Below, in pieces: positions 28,134-36,701 of a DNA stretch of 64,000 nucleotides (position 1 is the first letter of the stretch; every line of letters starts with the position of its first letter). The position numbers and the translations under genes were made by a program. Where the stretch lies: contig JBHLRZ010000004.1 in assembly GCA_048882045.1 (NCBI GenBank), forward strand, positions 85,257-149,256. The letters are read 5' to 3'. The notes beneath the pieces were generated by a model. It saw nothing but the letters and a program-made list of their open reading frames with translations, was not told the DNA's origin and did not search any database. The DNA is from Candidatus Thorarchaeota archaeon (lineage in GTDB: Archaea > Asgardarchaeota > Thorarchaeia > Thorarchaeales > Thorarchaeaceae).

Positions 28134-28649
28134 ATGATACGCAGAGATGAGTCAAACGACTCAACGCCAACATCGGCAATGACTACAAAGAACACCAGCA
28201 CGATATACGAAACTGACCTCAGAAGAAGACTAGCTACTTTTCCAAGGGACGTCCTTGCATGGTTTGCACTAGGGAAATATCTCCGTTCCGTTGGTAGACT
28301 GCAAGAGGCTGAGGAGTCACTACGAAAGGCAACCTCCCTCAATCCAGGTCCACTACCATTCTGGGAAGAGCTTGCTTTGACTCTTGTTGACCTTGGTCGG
28401 ATTGACGAGGCTTATGCAATCTGCGACCAGAATCTGAGGAAGAAAGACGATACAATAGTGAAAAGACTAGAGGAGCTCAGGAAGCTGGAGCGGTCAGCAG
28501 GTGCGGACTATCCTGAAGAGACCTCTCCCTGTGTTGCGTGTCCTGAATACACATACTATGGTTGCTCTAGGGGATGTGAATGTGATGCGATTGTCAGATG
28601 GCGCTCAGCCATCTCTAATACACGCCCAACTTCGACTCATAGAACCTGA
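28134..28649 (+). CDS. TPR-like protein with C-terminal Cys cluster
   Basis: TPR-like helices (VLAWFALGKYLRSVGRLQEAEESLRKATSLNPGPLPFWEELALTLVDLGRIDEAYAI), then CVACPEYTYYGCSRGCEC. Confidence 0.55.
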   Translation: MIRRDESNDSTPTSAMTTKNTSTIYETDLRRRLATFPRDVLAWFALGKYLRSVGRLQEAEESLRKATSLNPGPLPFWEELALTLVDLGRIDEAYAICDQNLRKKDDTIVKRLEELRKLERSAGADYPEETSPCVACPEYTYYGCSRGCECDAIVRWRSAISNTRPTSTHRT

Positions 28650-28732
28650 TGTAGCTCGGTTGTACCTTCCGAATCACTGATTTATGGTATTCTTATCAAG
28701 ACAATACTATACTGACTTGTGGAAGGAAACTG

Positions 28733-30544
28733 ATGTCGGATCTCAGAGCTCTCGTCCAAGACTTACCCGATGCACCTGGCGTGTATCTATGGAAGGACGA
28801 GAAAGGGAAAATCCTCTACATTGGCAAGGCAAAGTATTTGCGTCGAAGAGTCGGGTCCTACCTCCGAAAGACTGGACTCTACCGCAGATTGGGAGAGATG
28901 ATGTTTCACGCTCGAGATCTCGAAACAATTGTGACTAACACTGAGCGCGAAGCGCTCGTTTTGGAACAGACGCTCATAAAGAAACATCAACCTAGATACA
29001 ATATTGCCCTCAAGGATGATCGACGTCACGCATGGATTAGAGTGGACTTGAAGAAACGGATTCCAACATTTGAGATTACTCGCGAAGCTGAGAAAGATGG
29101 AGCAACCTACTATGGTCCATATGGCAGCACAAAGAGGCTCGAACGCCTCATGGACACTATAAGAAAATCCATTCCGGTTGCTATGTGTAGGGATCCTGAA
29201 AAGGTGAAACGTGCTTGCATGGACTACCACCTTGACAGATGCACTGGACCCTGCGAGGACCACATTGATCTACCTGAGTATAGGGAACTAGTTGAACAGA
29301 TGAGCTATTATCTCGAGGGACGCCCGGATGATCTACGGAGGTCTCTAAAGAAGCAAATGGAGAATGCATCAGCTGCAATGGAGTTTGAGAAAGCAGCAGA
29401 GATGCGTGACCGTCTTACAGACCTTGAGGTTTTGATGAGTCGCCAAAAAGTAGTGCGTTTCGAAGGTGCAAACAGTGATATTCTTGGAATCTCGCGAACA
29501 GAGCAAGCAGCTCTGATCAATATGTTGATTGTACGAAACGGACGATTGATTGGAGTTGACAACTTCTATTTTGAGATTGATTTGGACACACCAGACTCTG
29601 AAGTAATTGAGGCTTTCATAGAGCAGTTCTACTTCACGATTCCACGTCTTCCGGATCAGATAATCATTCCCACAAAAATCTCTCAGATGAAGAACCTCAG
29701 CACTTGGCTGAGTGATGTAAATAGCCATCCAGTGAAAATTATGCTCCCCGATGATGATAGAACTTCTGAACTCGTAGAGATGGCTAAGAAGAATGCTCAT
29801 CGAGCTCTTCGAAAGATGTTGATTCTTGGACACAGTGACGAAGAGATTGTGCATCCTGGTGTAAAGCATTTGAAGGAGGCTTTGGGTCTTGCAGTTGTTC
29901 CAATGCGCATCGAAGGCTTTGATATCGCCAACATACAAGGCACAGACCCAACAGGCTCGTGTGTTGTCTTCAAGAATGGAGAACCATACAGCAAGCGTTA
30001 CCGAATGTTCAAGGTTCGGATCAAGCAGACTCCTGACGATTATGCTATGATGCACGAAGTCGTCTATCGGAGATATTACGGAGTACTTGAGCGGAAGGAT
30101 GTACTTCCGGATCTCATCCTCATTGATGGCGGAAAGGGACAGCTCAATGTCGCGTTGGAAGCATTATCCGAATTGGGACTTGACTATGTTCCAGTCGTAG
30201 CGGTCGCAAAGCGTGAAGAAATCCTGTATACACGAGATGCTCCTGAAGGTATTGTACTCGATCTTGGATCCCAGGGACTTCACCTGATTCAGAACATCCG
30301 AGACGAAGCTCACAGGTTTGCACAACGGTATCACCATAAACTCAGAGAAAAGAGATTCACAGGTTCTATACTAGAAGAAGCCCCTGGCATCGGTCCAAAG
30401 AGGAGGTCAGCACTACTTCAAGCTCTGGGTAGTTACGACAATGTGAAGAATGCTTCAGTGGAAGAGCTTGCAGCAGTTGAAGGGATGTCAGAAAAGACTG
30501 CAATGGCTCTAAGAGAATGGCTGGACCGAGATGATGCTGATTGA
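28733..30544 (+). CDS. uvrC: excinuclease ABC subunit C
   Basis: GIY-YIG domain (PGVYLWKDEKGKILYIGKAKYLRRR), UVR motif (MEFEKAAEMRDRL), a C-terminal endonuclease region and (HhH)2 (GIGPKRRSALLQALGS). Confidence 0.95.
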   Translation: MSDLRALVQDLPDAPGVYLWKDEKGKILYIGKAKYLRRRVGSYLRKTGLYRRLGEMMFHARDLETIVTNTEREALVLEQTLIKKHQPRYNIALKDDRRHAWIRVDLKKRIPTFEITREAEKDGATYYGPYGSTKRLERLMDTIRKSIPVAMCRDPEKVKRACMDYHLDRCTGPCEDHIDLPEYRELVEQMSYYLEGRPDDLRRSLKKQMENASAAMEFEKAAEMRDRLTDLEVLMSRQKVVRFEGANSDILGISRTEQAALINMLIVRNGRLIGVDNFYFEIDLDTPDSEVIEAFIEQFYFTIPRLPDQIIIPTKISQMKNLSTWLSDVNSHPVKIMLPDDDRTSELVEMAKKNAHRALRKMLILGHSDEEIVHPGVKHLKEALGLAVVPMRIEGFDIANIQGTDPTGSCVVFKNGEPYSKRYRMFKVRIKQTPDDYAMMHEVVYRRYYGVLERKDVLPDLILIDGGKGQLNVALEALSELGLDYVPVVAVAKREEILYTRDAPEGIVLDLGSQGLHLIQNIRDEAHRFAQRYHHKLREKRFTGSILEEAPGIGPKRRSALLQALGSYDNVKNASVEELAAVEGMSEKTAMALREWLDRDDAD

Positions 30545-30599
30545 CCTCCGACAAACAGAAATACTGCCATTATTTCAAATTGTAAGTGAGTTGCATAAA

Positions 30600-30839
30600 A
30601 TGTCTGTGACCATATTCCTCGCTGTCAATGTTCAATCTGGCAAGGAACAAAAGGTTCAGGCGGCTCTCAAAAAGTTTAATGAGGTCACACTTGCTTGTGC
30701 AGTATCAGCAGGTCCATATGATGTTGTGGCATTGGTAGAGATTCCCTCATTAGAGGAGTACAAGGCATTTTCAATTGACAGAGTTAGTACTATACCCCAC
30801 ATCACTGATTATACATCATTCATTGTAATGGATCAATGA
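30600..30839 (+). CDS. stand-alone Lrp/AsnC-type ligand-binding (RAM) domain protein
   Basis: 79 aa from ATG 30600: MSVTIFLAVNVQSGKEQKVQAALKKFNEVTLACAVSAGPYDVVALVEIPSLEEYKAF. This is the RAM-domain pattern. The longer track ORF (30531) would overlap the uvrC end. Confidence 0.65.
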   Translation: MSVTIFLAVNVQSGKEQKVQAALKKFNEVTLACAVSAGPYDVVALVEIPSLEEYKAFSIDRVSTIPHITDYTSFIVMDQ

Positions 30840-32188
30840 CTTTCGTTGTTTCCATTCAGGACCTCAACATATGTCCTATTCCTACTTCTTCCATAGATTA
30901 GATAGATGAAGAAACCAATCAGGGCTAGTATCCCACCGAGTTGCAGGACATTGACATTGAGTGAAGGGATGAGCAACAAGCAAATTCCAACTCCAAGGAC
31001 TGGAAAGAAGGGAAACAAGGGAGCTTTGAATGTACCAGGCACACTGAGTCCTCTCCTCCTCAGAATGATCACTGCAAAGTTGACAATTGTCTGTGCAATA
31101 AGATATCCAAAGACAGAGAGCTGCGCCACCAATACTACGTCTGCGGACAGAGCGAACAGACTGACAAGAATGAGTACTAGAATCAGGGCTGGTATTGGTG
31201 TCTTCACCTTTTTGTTGACACTTTCAAAGGATTTTGGTAGGAACCGGTCTCTTCCCATTGAATAGACGATTCTTGCTCCTGCAAGGAACGTGGCATTCAG
31301 AGCAGCATAATTGGACGCAGCCATACCAGCAAGACCGATGATGAGAGTTCCGGGTATCATAGCTTCAAACACATCTGCAATGGGAGTGAAGGTTTCTGCA
31401 ACTTGCGCAAATGGGACAACTCCAACGATAACAAGTGATGCAGCCATGTAGATTCCTGTACCTATCGCTACGGTAAGGAATATCGCTCGTGGTACGTTCT
31501 TTGCTGGCTCCTTGATCTCCTCTGATGCCGACGTCACAAGTTCGAATCCTACGAAGCTGATGTAGATGAACGAAACTGTAGCCATGAAGGCTGGCAATCC
31601 TGCATTCTCAGCGAAGAAGGGAATTAGATTAGAAGGCTCGATGAAAATTAATCCAATGGCTACGAAAGAGAATAGGATGAGTGCTTGTGCGATATTCAGT
31701 ATTCCGAGAACTCCTGAAACACTCTTGACACTCAATATATTGGTCACAAATGTGATTGCAATAATTACTAGTGCAATTGTCGCTACATATTGTGTTCCTT
31801 GAGGGATGAAGACAACAAGTGTGTGAGCGACAGCCATGGCATACAATCCACATGCTACTATGTTCCCAATCATCAGGAACCACCCAGTCAGAAATGCTGG
31901 AAGCCCTCCCAGTGTATCATGAGCAAAGGTATATCCTCCGCCCTGCTTGGGTATTGAACTAGCAATCTCCGCATAATTGATTGCGGTAAACATAGCAAGA
32001 ATTCCTGTGACAAGATATGCTATGAAGAGTGCTGGTCCAATTATTCCAGCAGCTGTTCCTGATATGACATAGATGCCGCCTCCAAGCATCGCTCCAAGCC
32101 CAATGTTAGTTGCTCCAACAAGACCCAGATGTCGACCAAACTTACCGCTTATCTTCTTCTTCTGGATAATTTCTTGCAATAGGGCCAC
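30833..32188 (-). CDS. APC-superfamily amino acid/polyamine permease
   Basis: 451 aa with about 12 TM. The N-terminal GLGAMLGGGIYVISG motif is typical of APC transporters. Confidence 0.8.
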   Translation of the reverse strand: MALLQEIIQKKKISGKFGRHLGLVGATNIGLGAMLGGGIYVISGTAAGIIGPALFIAYLVTGILAMFTAINYAEIASSIPKQGGGYTFAHDTLGGLPAFLTGWFLMIGNIVACGLYAMAVAHTLVVFIPQGTQYVATIALVIIAITFVTNILSVKSVSGVLGILNIAQALILFSFVAIGLIFIEPSNLIPFFAENAGLPAFMATVSFIYISFVGFELVTSASEEIKEPAKNVPRAIFLTVAIGTGIYMAASLVIVGVVPFAQVAETFTPIADVFEAMIPGTLIIGLAGMAASNYAALNATFLAGARIVYSMGRDRFLPKSFESVNKKVKTPIPALILVLILVSLFALSADVVLVAQLSVFGYLIAQTIVNFAVIILRRRGLSVPGTFKAPLFPFFPVLGVGICLLLIPSLNVNVLQLGGILALIGFFIYLIYGRSRNRTYVEVLNGNNESH

Positions 32189-32342
32189 CGTGGAATATCG
32201 TTACAAAACTCCCGAGGAATTCGCTGGATGTTTTCCAGCTCCCCATTTTGATTGCCATTTGAAGCTTTTGACGACGGAAAAAACGAAAGTTGTATAAAGT
32301 CGAATTACGTTAGGCAGATTTCATAGTTATGGAGGGATTATT

Positions 32343-33032
32343 GTGAAAAGGGAAGTAGTTTTGATATTACTGACATTTCTGTTGACGTTCATTTCCCCAA
32401 TTGATGCTGTCTCTGACCAAGGGCTGGAATGGGGAATCAAAGAAGGAGTGAGGTATGAATACACACTCAATGTAACTGACAACCGATTCGACAATGTTCT
32501 TTTAGATTGTCACTATATCCATAACTTCACTCTACCTCAAATCGAGAACGATGTGACTGCACTAAGGATGGTTTTGCTCAGAGTCCCATTCACCCTAACA
32601 AATGGGTCTTTGGTCCATCCATATAATGGAGATTTTGCATATGTTGCAATTGGAAACTGGAGTCATCTTACTTCGCTACTACCTGACTCTATATCCTTCT
32701 ATACAGCGGCAAGCCCCAGTAATGGTTCATATGAGGTGATTGATACAGATTCATCTTGGGGATTTTTGTTTACATCAGATTACGAAATCTGTGATGTTCC
32801 TATTGAGAAATGGGTACACGGGTGGATATTGCATCTTGAGTTCTCAAAGGTGGATGGCGTATTGGACTACTCTTTCTTTCAGTGGTTACTTCCTGACTCT
32901 GTTGCGGATGTGACAGTCGAGGTCATTAGGACAGATACGATTTATCCATCTAATCCAACTCTAATAATTGCAGGCGGAGCCATTGTATCCATACTAATCA
33001 TATCTGTGACATTCATGAGAAAACGGAAATAA
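32343..33032 (+). CDS. secreted protein with C-terminal TM anchor and basic tail
   Basis: GGAGGG Shine-Dalgarno-like motif, then a GTG start. Signal-like N-terminus (VVLILLTFLLTFISPIDA) and C-terminal LIIAGGAIVSILIISVTFMRKRK. Confidence 0.5.
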   Translation: MKREVVLILLTFLLTFISPIDAVSDQGLEWGIKEGVRYEYTLNVTDNRFDNVLLDCHYIHNFTLPQIENDVTALRMVLLRVPFTLTNGSLVHPYNGDFAYVAIGNWSHLTSLLPDSISFYTAASPSNGSYEVIDTDSSWGFLFTSDYEICDVPIEKWVHGWILHLEFSKVDGVLDYSFFQWLLPDSVADVTVEVIRTDTIYPSNPTLIIAGGAIVSILIISVTFMRKRK

Positions 33033-33039
33033 CGGACAG

Positions 33040-33046
33040 TTTAAAT
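33040..33046 (+). promoter_or_regulatory. TATA-like box (TTTAAAT) upstream of ferredoxin 1
   Basis: AGTTTAAATG lies 63 nt upstream of ATG 33109. The same motif sits at the same distance before ferredoxin 2. Confidence 0.35.
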
Positions 33047-33108
33047 GTACATTAGCGGCGGTCTGCTTCGCCTGACAAGTAAGATTGTCTGGTAACGATG
33101 TGATTCCA

Positions 33109-33288
33109 ATGATCTGGAAAGTCAATGATAACTGTACTGCATGTGGAACCTGTGCTGATGTTTGTCCAGTTGATCCTACTCTATATGTGATCAACGACAA
33201 AGCTGTGTATCAGGTCGACCGTGCAGACGAGTGTACAGAGTGCTATGCTTGCGTCGATTCGTGCCCTGAAGGCGCGATTGAAGAATGA
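33109..33288 (+). CDS. 2x[4Fe-4S] ferredoxin
   Basis: 59 aa with CTACGTCADVCP and CTECYACVDSCP (two CxxCxxCxxxCP motifs). ATG 33109 is preferred over TTG 33085, by analogy with the paralog start MIWKV. Confidence 0.8.
   Translation: MIWKVNDNCTACGTCADVCPVDPTLYVINDKAVYQVDRADECTECYACVDSCPEGAIEE
33220..33269 (+). repeat. 50-nt block identical to 33577..33626
   Basis: CGTGCAGACGAGTGTACAGAGTGCTATGCTTGCGTCGATTCGTGCCCTGA is identical in both ferredoxin genes. Confidence 0.9.
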
Positions 33289-33391
33289 TAAGATAGAGCA
33301 TCTTCTTCTATTCTATCAGTCGATTTTATGCTCCTCTTGAAGATTCCTACGGGAATGGGCGTTTCTAGTTTTTTTATCTATAACCCTGAAG

Positions 33392-33398
33392 TTTAAAT
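33392..33398 (+). promoter_or_regulatory. TATA-like box (TTTAAAT) upstream of ferredoxin 2
   Basis: AGTTTAAATG lies 65 nt upstream of ATG 33463. Confidence 0.35.
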
Positions 33399-33462
33399 GC
33401 TGGAATGAGCCGCACCACAAATGCGGGACTCTATTTTGAGTCTTGAGAAGAAGTGATTCAGA

Positions 33463-33648
33463 ATGATTTGGAAGGTAACTGACCTTTGTACAGGAGAAGG
33501 AACTTGTGCCGATGTCTGTCCTGTTGACCCAACACTGTTTGTGATTGAAGGCGGCAAAGCCATCTATCAGGTTGATCGTGCAGACGAGTGTACAGAGTGC
33601 TATGCTTGCGTCGATTCGTGCCCTGAGGGTGCGCTTGAAGAAGGCTAA
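33463..33648 (+). CDS. ferredoxin paralog with 7 Cys (CxxExxCxxxCP + CxxCxxCxxxCP)
   Basis: 61 aa: MIWKVTDLCTGEGTCADVCP...CTECYACVDSCP. The second Cys of the first cluster motif is replaced by Glu. Confidence 0.8.
   Translation: MIWKVTDLCTGEGTCADVCPVDPTLFVIEGGKAIYQVDRADECTECYACVDSCPEGALEEG
33577..33626 (+). repeat. 50-nt block identical to 33220..33269
   Basis: See 33220..33269. Confidence 0.9.
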
Positions 33649-33670
33649 AGCAGAACACAGGACCATACTA

Positions 33671-33729
33671 CCATTTCCTGATGTAGGGAAATGGTAAATC
33701 GACAAGGGAGTCCATAACATGGGCTCCCT
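33671..33729 (+). terminator. two consecutive hairpins downstream of ferredoxin 2
   Basis: CCATTTCC-N8-GGAAATGG at 33671-33694, and AGGGAG-N13-CTCCCT at 33705-33729. Confidence 0.35.
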
Positions 33730-33752
33730 GTCGCTGACACTTCTCGGTTTTT

Positions 33753-33878
33753 CTAGCGAATCTTATCTGGCTGGTTAAGAATAGAATCGAACTCTTCCTT
33801 CAATGATTCATCCACAAGAACGACTCTAATTTAAGCGATGTCGTCCGATAAAGGATGTTCTTGTCAGTGACATTCTCT
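33753..33878 (-). pseudogene. decayed partial copy of the adjacent gene 33899..34171
   Basis: The minus-strand frame reads RECH*QEHPLSDDIA*IRVVLVDESLKEEFDSILNQPDKIR*. It aligns to the C-terminus of the intact neighbour (DPNTDETAHVRIVLADESLKEFFDSVLGAPYKVR) with 19 of 34 identities and two in-frame stops. Confidence 0.5.
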
Positions 33879-33898
33879 CTTTGTTTCAATTATAGTAA

Positions 33899-34171
33899 CT
33901 ACCTGACTTTGTACGGTGCTCCAAGGACCGAATCGAAGAACTCTTTCAAAGACTCGTCAGCAAGTACTATTCTCACATGTGCCGTTTCATCTGTGTTTGG
34001 ATCAAATGTGCCAATGATTCTCTCAATCTGAGAATCATCATCCAGCATGAGCATTGTTCTTGCTTCATCGATTTCTTCATGCATTCCAAACTTTTCTCTG
34101 ATTTTGTCAAAACATGCGCGATAATCTTCAGGTTTGACTCGATAGAACAGCTTCATCTCATGATTCTCCAC
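33899..34171 (-). CDS. hypothetical small protein
   Basis: 90-aa ORF with a decayed tandem copy downstream. No family recognised. Confidence 0.5.
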   Translation of the reverse strand: MENHEMKLFYRVKPEDYRACFDKIREKFGMHEEIDEARTMLMLDDDSQIERIIGTFDPNTDETAHVRIVLADESLKEFFDSVLGAPYKVR

Positions 34172-34257
34172 AGGCTCTCCGAATTTTTACTACAGGGGAA
34201 GGTATAAGTTATTCAGTCTGATAGTTTTGTGATAGTTAAGTCGGGAGGACTTTTACT

Positions 34258-35946
34258 TTGATGAAAAACCACCACAAAATAATCAGTCTGCTTGTGGTCT
34301 CTCTGATGCTCTCAGGAATCTTACCTCTCTTGATTTCACCGGTCGCATCAGTAGACTCTCCACAAAAGGACTATACTCCATCAGCATTTACGTGGCAGAC
34401 ATTCAACAAGAACATGAATGTCACCACATTCGTGTCTCCTGATGGAAGCCATGATGCACTATGGCATTTCCTGAATTCAGCGAAAGAAAGTATCTACGTT
34501 GAGATCTTTGGAGTAAACAATCCATACATTCTCGATTTGATACATGAGTTGCATGATACTAAACCAACTCTTGAGATGAAGTTTCTACTGGGTTGGAACA
34601 GTATTGGATACTATAGTCCCAATGACTATGTCGCAAACAACCTGACTCTTCTAGGGTATCCAGTCAAATGGACTAGTGATACAGAGTTCAGCTATGCTCA
34701 CCAGAAGTTTGTGATCATTGATAACAAGACAACCATAGTCCATTCAGGAAATTGGGCAAAGACCAGTTTTCCTGAGGATGGAATGAAAGCCAACAGAGAG
34801 TGGAGTATTGCGATGACAGACACAGATGTCACTCAGTACTTCAGAGATGTATTCGATTACGATTGGGGTAATGGAATTGACTACGACGCAGGTACTCATG
34901 GTACAGGTTCTCCGCTTTCATACTCTGAAACTAGCAGTACCTATCTCAGACCATTTGCCACTCCTGGCGAGTTCTCTGGACCAATGAATGTCACACCAAT
35001 ATTCAGTCCTGATACAAGTCTCCAGGGAATCCTGTACTGTATCAATGCAGCTCAGGCAACTCTCGACATTCAGATTCCATACTTCACTAACTGGAATGAA
35101 ACTGGCAGCGTTGAAACTATTCTAGATGCCATCATTGCAGCAAAGAATCGAGGAGTCACAGTTCGTGTGATCTCTGAGGAGGACTATGATTTCATGGAGG
35201 TCGCAGCATTATTCCATCAGTACCAAATACCTATTGTCTGGCAAGATACAAGATGGTTTACAGCAAATCACAACAAAGGAATTATTGTTGATGGACGAAT
35301 AGTTCTCATCAGTAGTATCAACTATAGTGACAATAGCATTGAAAACAATAGAGAGGCTGGAGTCATTATAGAGAATGAGGATGTGGCTCGTTGGTACCAA
35401 GAAGTCTTCGACTTCGATTGGGGTATGGCTGACTTTGACCACATCAACAACGTAAATCTGTACTGGAATCCCAACATCCCAACAAGTTCTTCTGAGATCA
35501 ACGTGACTGTGTATGCACATCCGCTCTATTCAACTGGTGTTACAGATGTCAGTCTTGGAGTAAAGATTGGAGATGGTAGTTGGAACAACTATTCAATCAC
35601 CGCAAATGTGTTTGACTCATCCGAGGGTGATCCAGAGAATTACTTCTATGTAATTTCACCTCAGGCTGATGGTACAAACATTACAGTACAAGCTATTGTC
35701 ACAGCAGGTGGAGTGCCATATGTCAGTATACCAATGGTGATCAGAGTTCGGGATTCGATTGGTTCAATCATAACGACACCGACAACAACTACAACCACTC
35801 CAAGCACAACTCCAACGACCACAACAACGCCAACAGGTTCGACTACACCTGATGGGACGACACAGTTACTTATGGAGCTCTTGCCATATATTGCAATTGC
35901 AGTAGTAGCTGCAATTGGTGGACTCTGTATCAAGAAGAGACGGTAA
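34258..35946 (+). CDS. secreted phospholipase D/HKD-superfamily enzyme with Thr-rich linker and C-terminal TM anchor
   Basis: Two HKD motifs (HQKFVIIDNKTTIVHSGNW and HNKGIIVDGRIVLISSINYSDNS). N-terminal signal/TM. Tail has TTPTTTTTTPSTTPTTTTTPTGSTTP, then a TM helix and KKRR. An ATG at 34261 directly follows TTG 34258. Confidence 0.8.
   Translation: MMKNHHKIISLLVVSLMLSGILPLLISPVASVDSPQKDYTPSAFTWQTFNKNMNVTTFVSPDGSHDALWHFLNSAKESIYVEIFGVNNPYILDLIHELHDTKPTLEMKFLLGWNSIGYYSPNDYVANNLTLLGYPVKWTSDTEFSYAHQKFVIIDNKTTIVHSGNWAKTSFPEDGMKANREWSIAMTDTDVTQYFRDVFDYDWGNGIDYDAGTHGTGSPLSYSETSSTYLRPFATPGEFSGPMNVTPIFSPDTSLQGILYCINAAQATLDIQIPYFTNWNETGSVETILDAIIAAKNRGVTVRVISEEDYDFMEVAALFHQYQIPIVWQDTRWFTANHNKGIIVDGRIVLISSINYSDNSIENNREAGVIIENEDVARWYQEVFDFDWGMADFDHINNVNLYWNPNIPTSSSEINVTVYAHPLYSTGVTDVSLGVKIGDGSWNNYSITANVFDSSEGDPENYFYVISPQADGTNITVQAIVTAGGVPYVSIPMVIRVRDSIGSIITTPTTTTTTPSTTPTTTTTPTGSTTPDGTTQLLMELLPYIAIAVVAAIGGLCIKKRR
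35773..35865 (+). repeat. Thr/Pro-codon low-complexity coding tract (linker)
   Basis: A run of ACN/CCN codons encoding the TTPTTTTTTPSTTPTTTTTPTGSTTPDGTT linker. Confidence 0.7.
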
Positions 35947-35959
35947 GTAGAATTATATT

Positions 35960-35979
35960 AAGGCCCTGAAAAGGGCCTT
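35960..35979. terminator. hairpin between convergent genes followed by a T-rich run
   Basis: AAGGCCC-TGAAAA-GGGCCTT (7-bp stem), followed by TCCCCCTTTCTTTT. Confidence 0.5.
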
Positions 35980-35991
35980 TCCCCCTTTCTT

Positions 35992-36585
35992 TTACTCTGA
36001 CTTTTCCGCCAACTCTGCAAACTTGTAGCAACTCTCTGCATCCTGATTCTCTCCACGTTTCTTGTGGAGACCTGCAGCTATTCTGTACGATCTTGCCACA
36101 GCTGGCCAATTTTCCTTTGCATCAAAACAGAGAGCAAGAGCTTTCCATGTTTCTGGATTGTTAGATTCGTACTTTAGTGATTTATTGTAAGCCTCGATCG
36201 CTTCATCAATCCTCAATAAGCTCTCAAGCGCACGCGCCTTCTTGGACCAAAGTTCTGCACTATCCGGAGCATACTCAAGTCCTAAGTCCGCTGCTGCACT
36301 GGCCTCATCAAACGAACCGAGTGTGATATATGCCTCTGCCTTGTTTGAATGAGCCCTGAAATCATTTGGAGCGAAATTTATCGCAAGATCGAATGCAATG
36401 ATTGCATCTGACTGTTCTCCAATATGGATGTGAGCAAGTCCCATTTCGTTTAACGCATCCAAGTTTTCCGGATTCTGAATGAGTATTTCTCTATAGGCCT
36501 CAATCGCTTTCTTGTTCTGTCCTTGTCGTTTAAGGGAACGTGCCTTTGATAGCATCTGTTCTGCAGTCTGTGCATCTTGCGACAT
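35992..36585 (-). CDS. TPR repeat protein
   Basis: 197 aa with at least 5 canonical TPR units (for example AIEAYREILIQNPENLDALNEMGLAHIHIGEQSDAIIAFDLAINFAPND). Confidence 0.7.
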   Translation of the reverse strand: MSQDAQTAEQMLSKARSLKRQGQNKKAIEAYREILIQNPENLDALNEMGLAHIHIGEQSDAIIAFDLAINFAPNDFRAHSNKAEAYITLGSFDEASAAADLGLEYAPDSAELWSKKARALESLLRIDEAIEAYNKSLKYESNNPETWKALALCFDAKENWPAVARSYRIAAGLHKKRGENQDAESCYKFAELAEKSE

Positions 36586-36701
36586 AGTACTTTCTCAACT
36601 TGTTCTAGTTTTAATCATTCTTCTGTCGGATATCGTCAGACACAAGGATTTTAACAGGGCCACTCACTCTCCAGTCCAACCGCAATCATGAGGAAAATCA
36701 A

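Noticed and set aside
29369-30055. 228-aa minus-strand ORF inside uvrC
   Set aside because: It is antisense to an unambiguous uvrC frame, has no recognisable motifs, and is a shadow ORF.
33316-33720. 134-aa minus-strand ORF covering ferredoxin 2 and its promoter
   Set aside because: It is antisense to a ferredoxin gene with perfect cluster motifs and spans the TATA-containing spacer.
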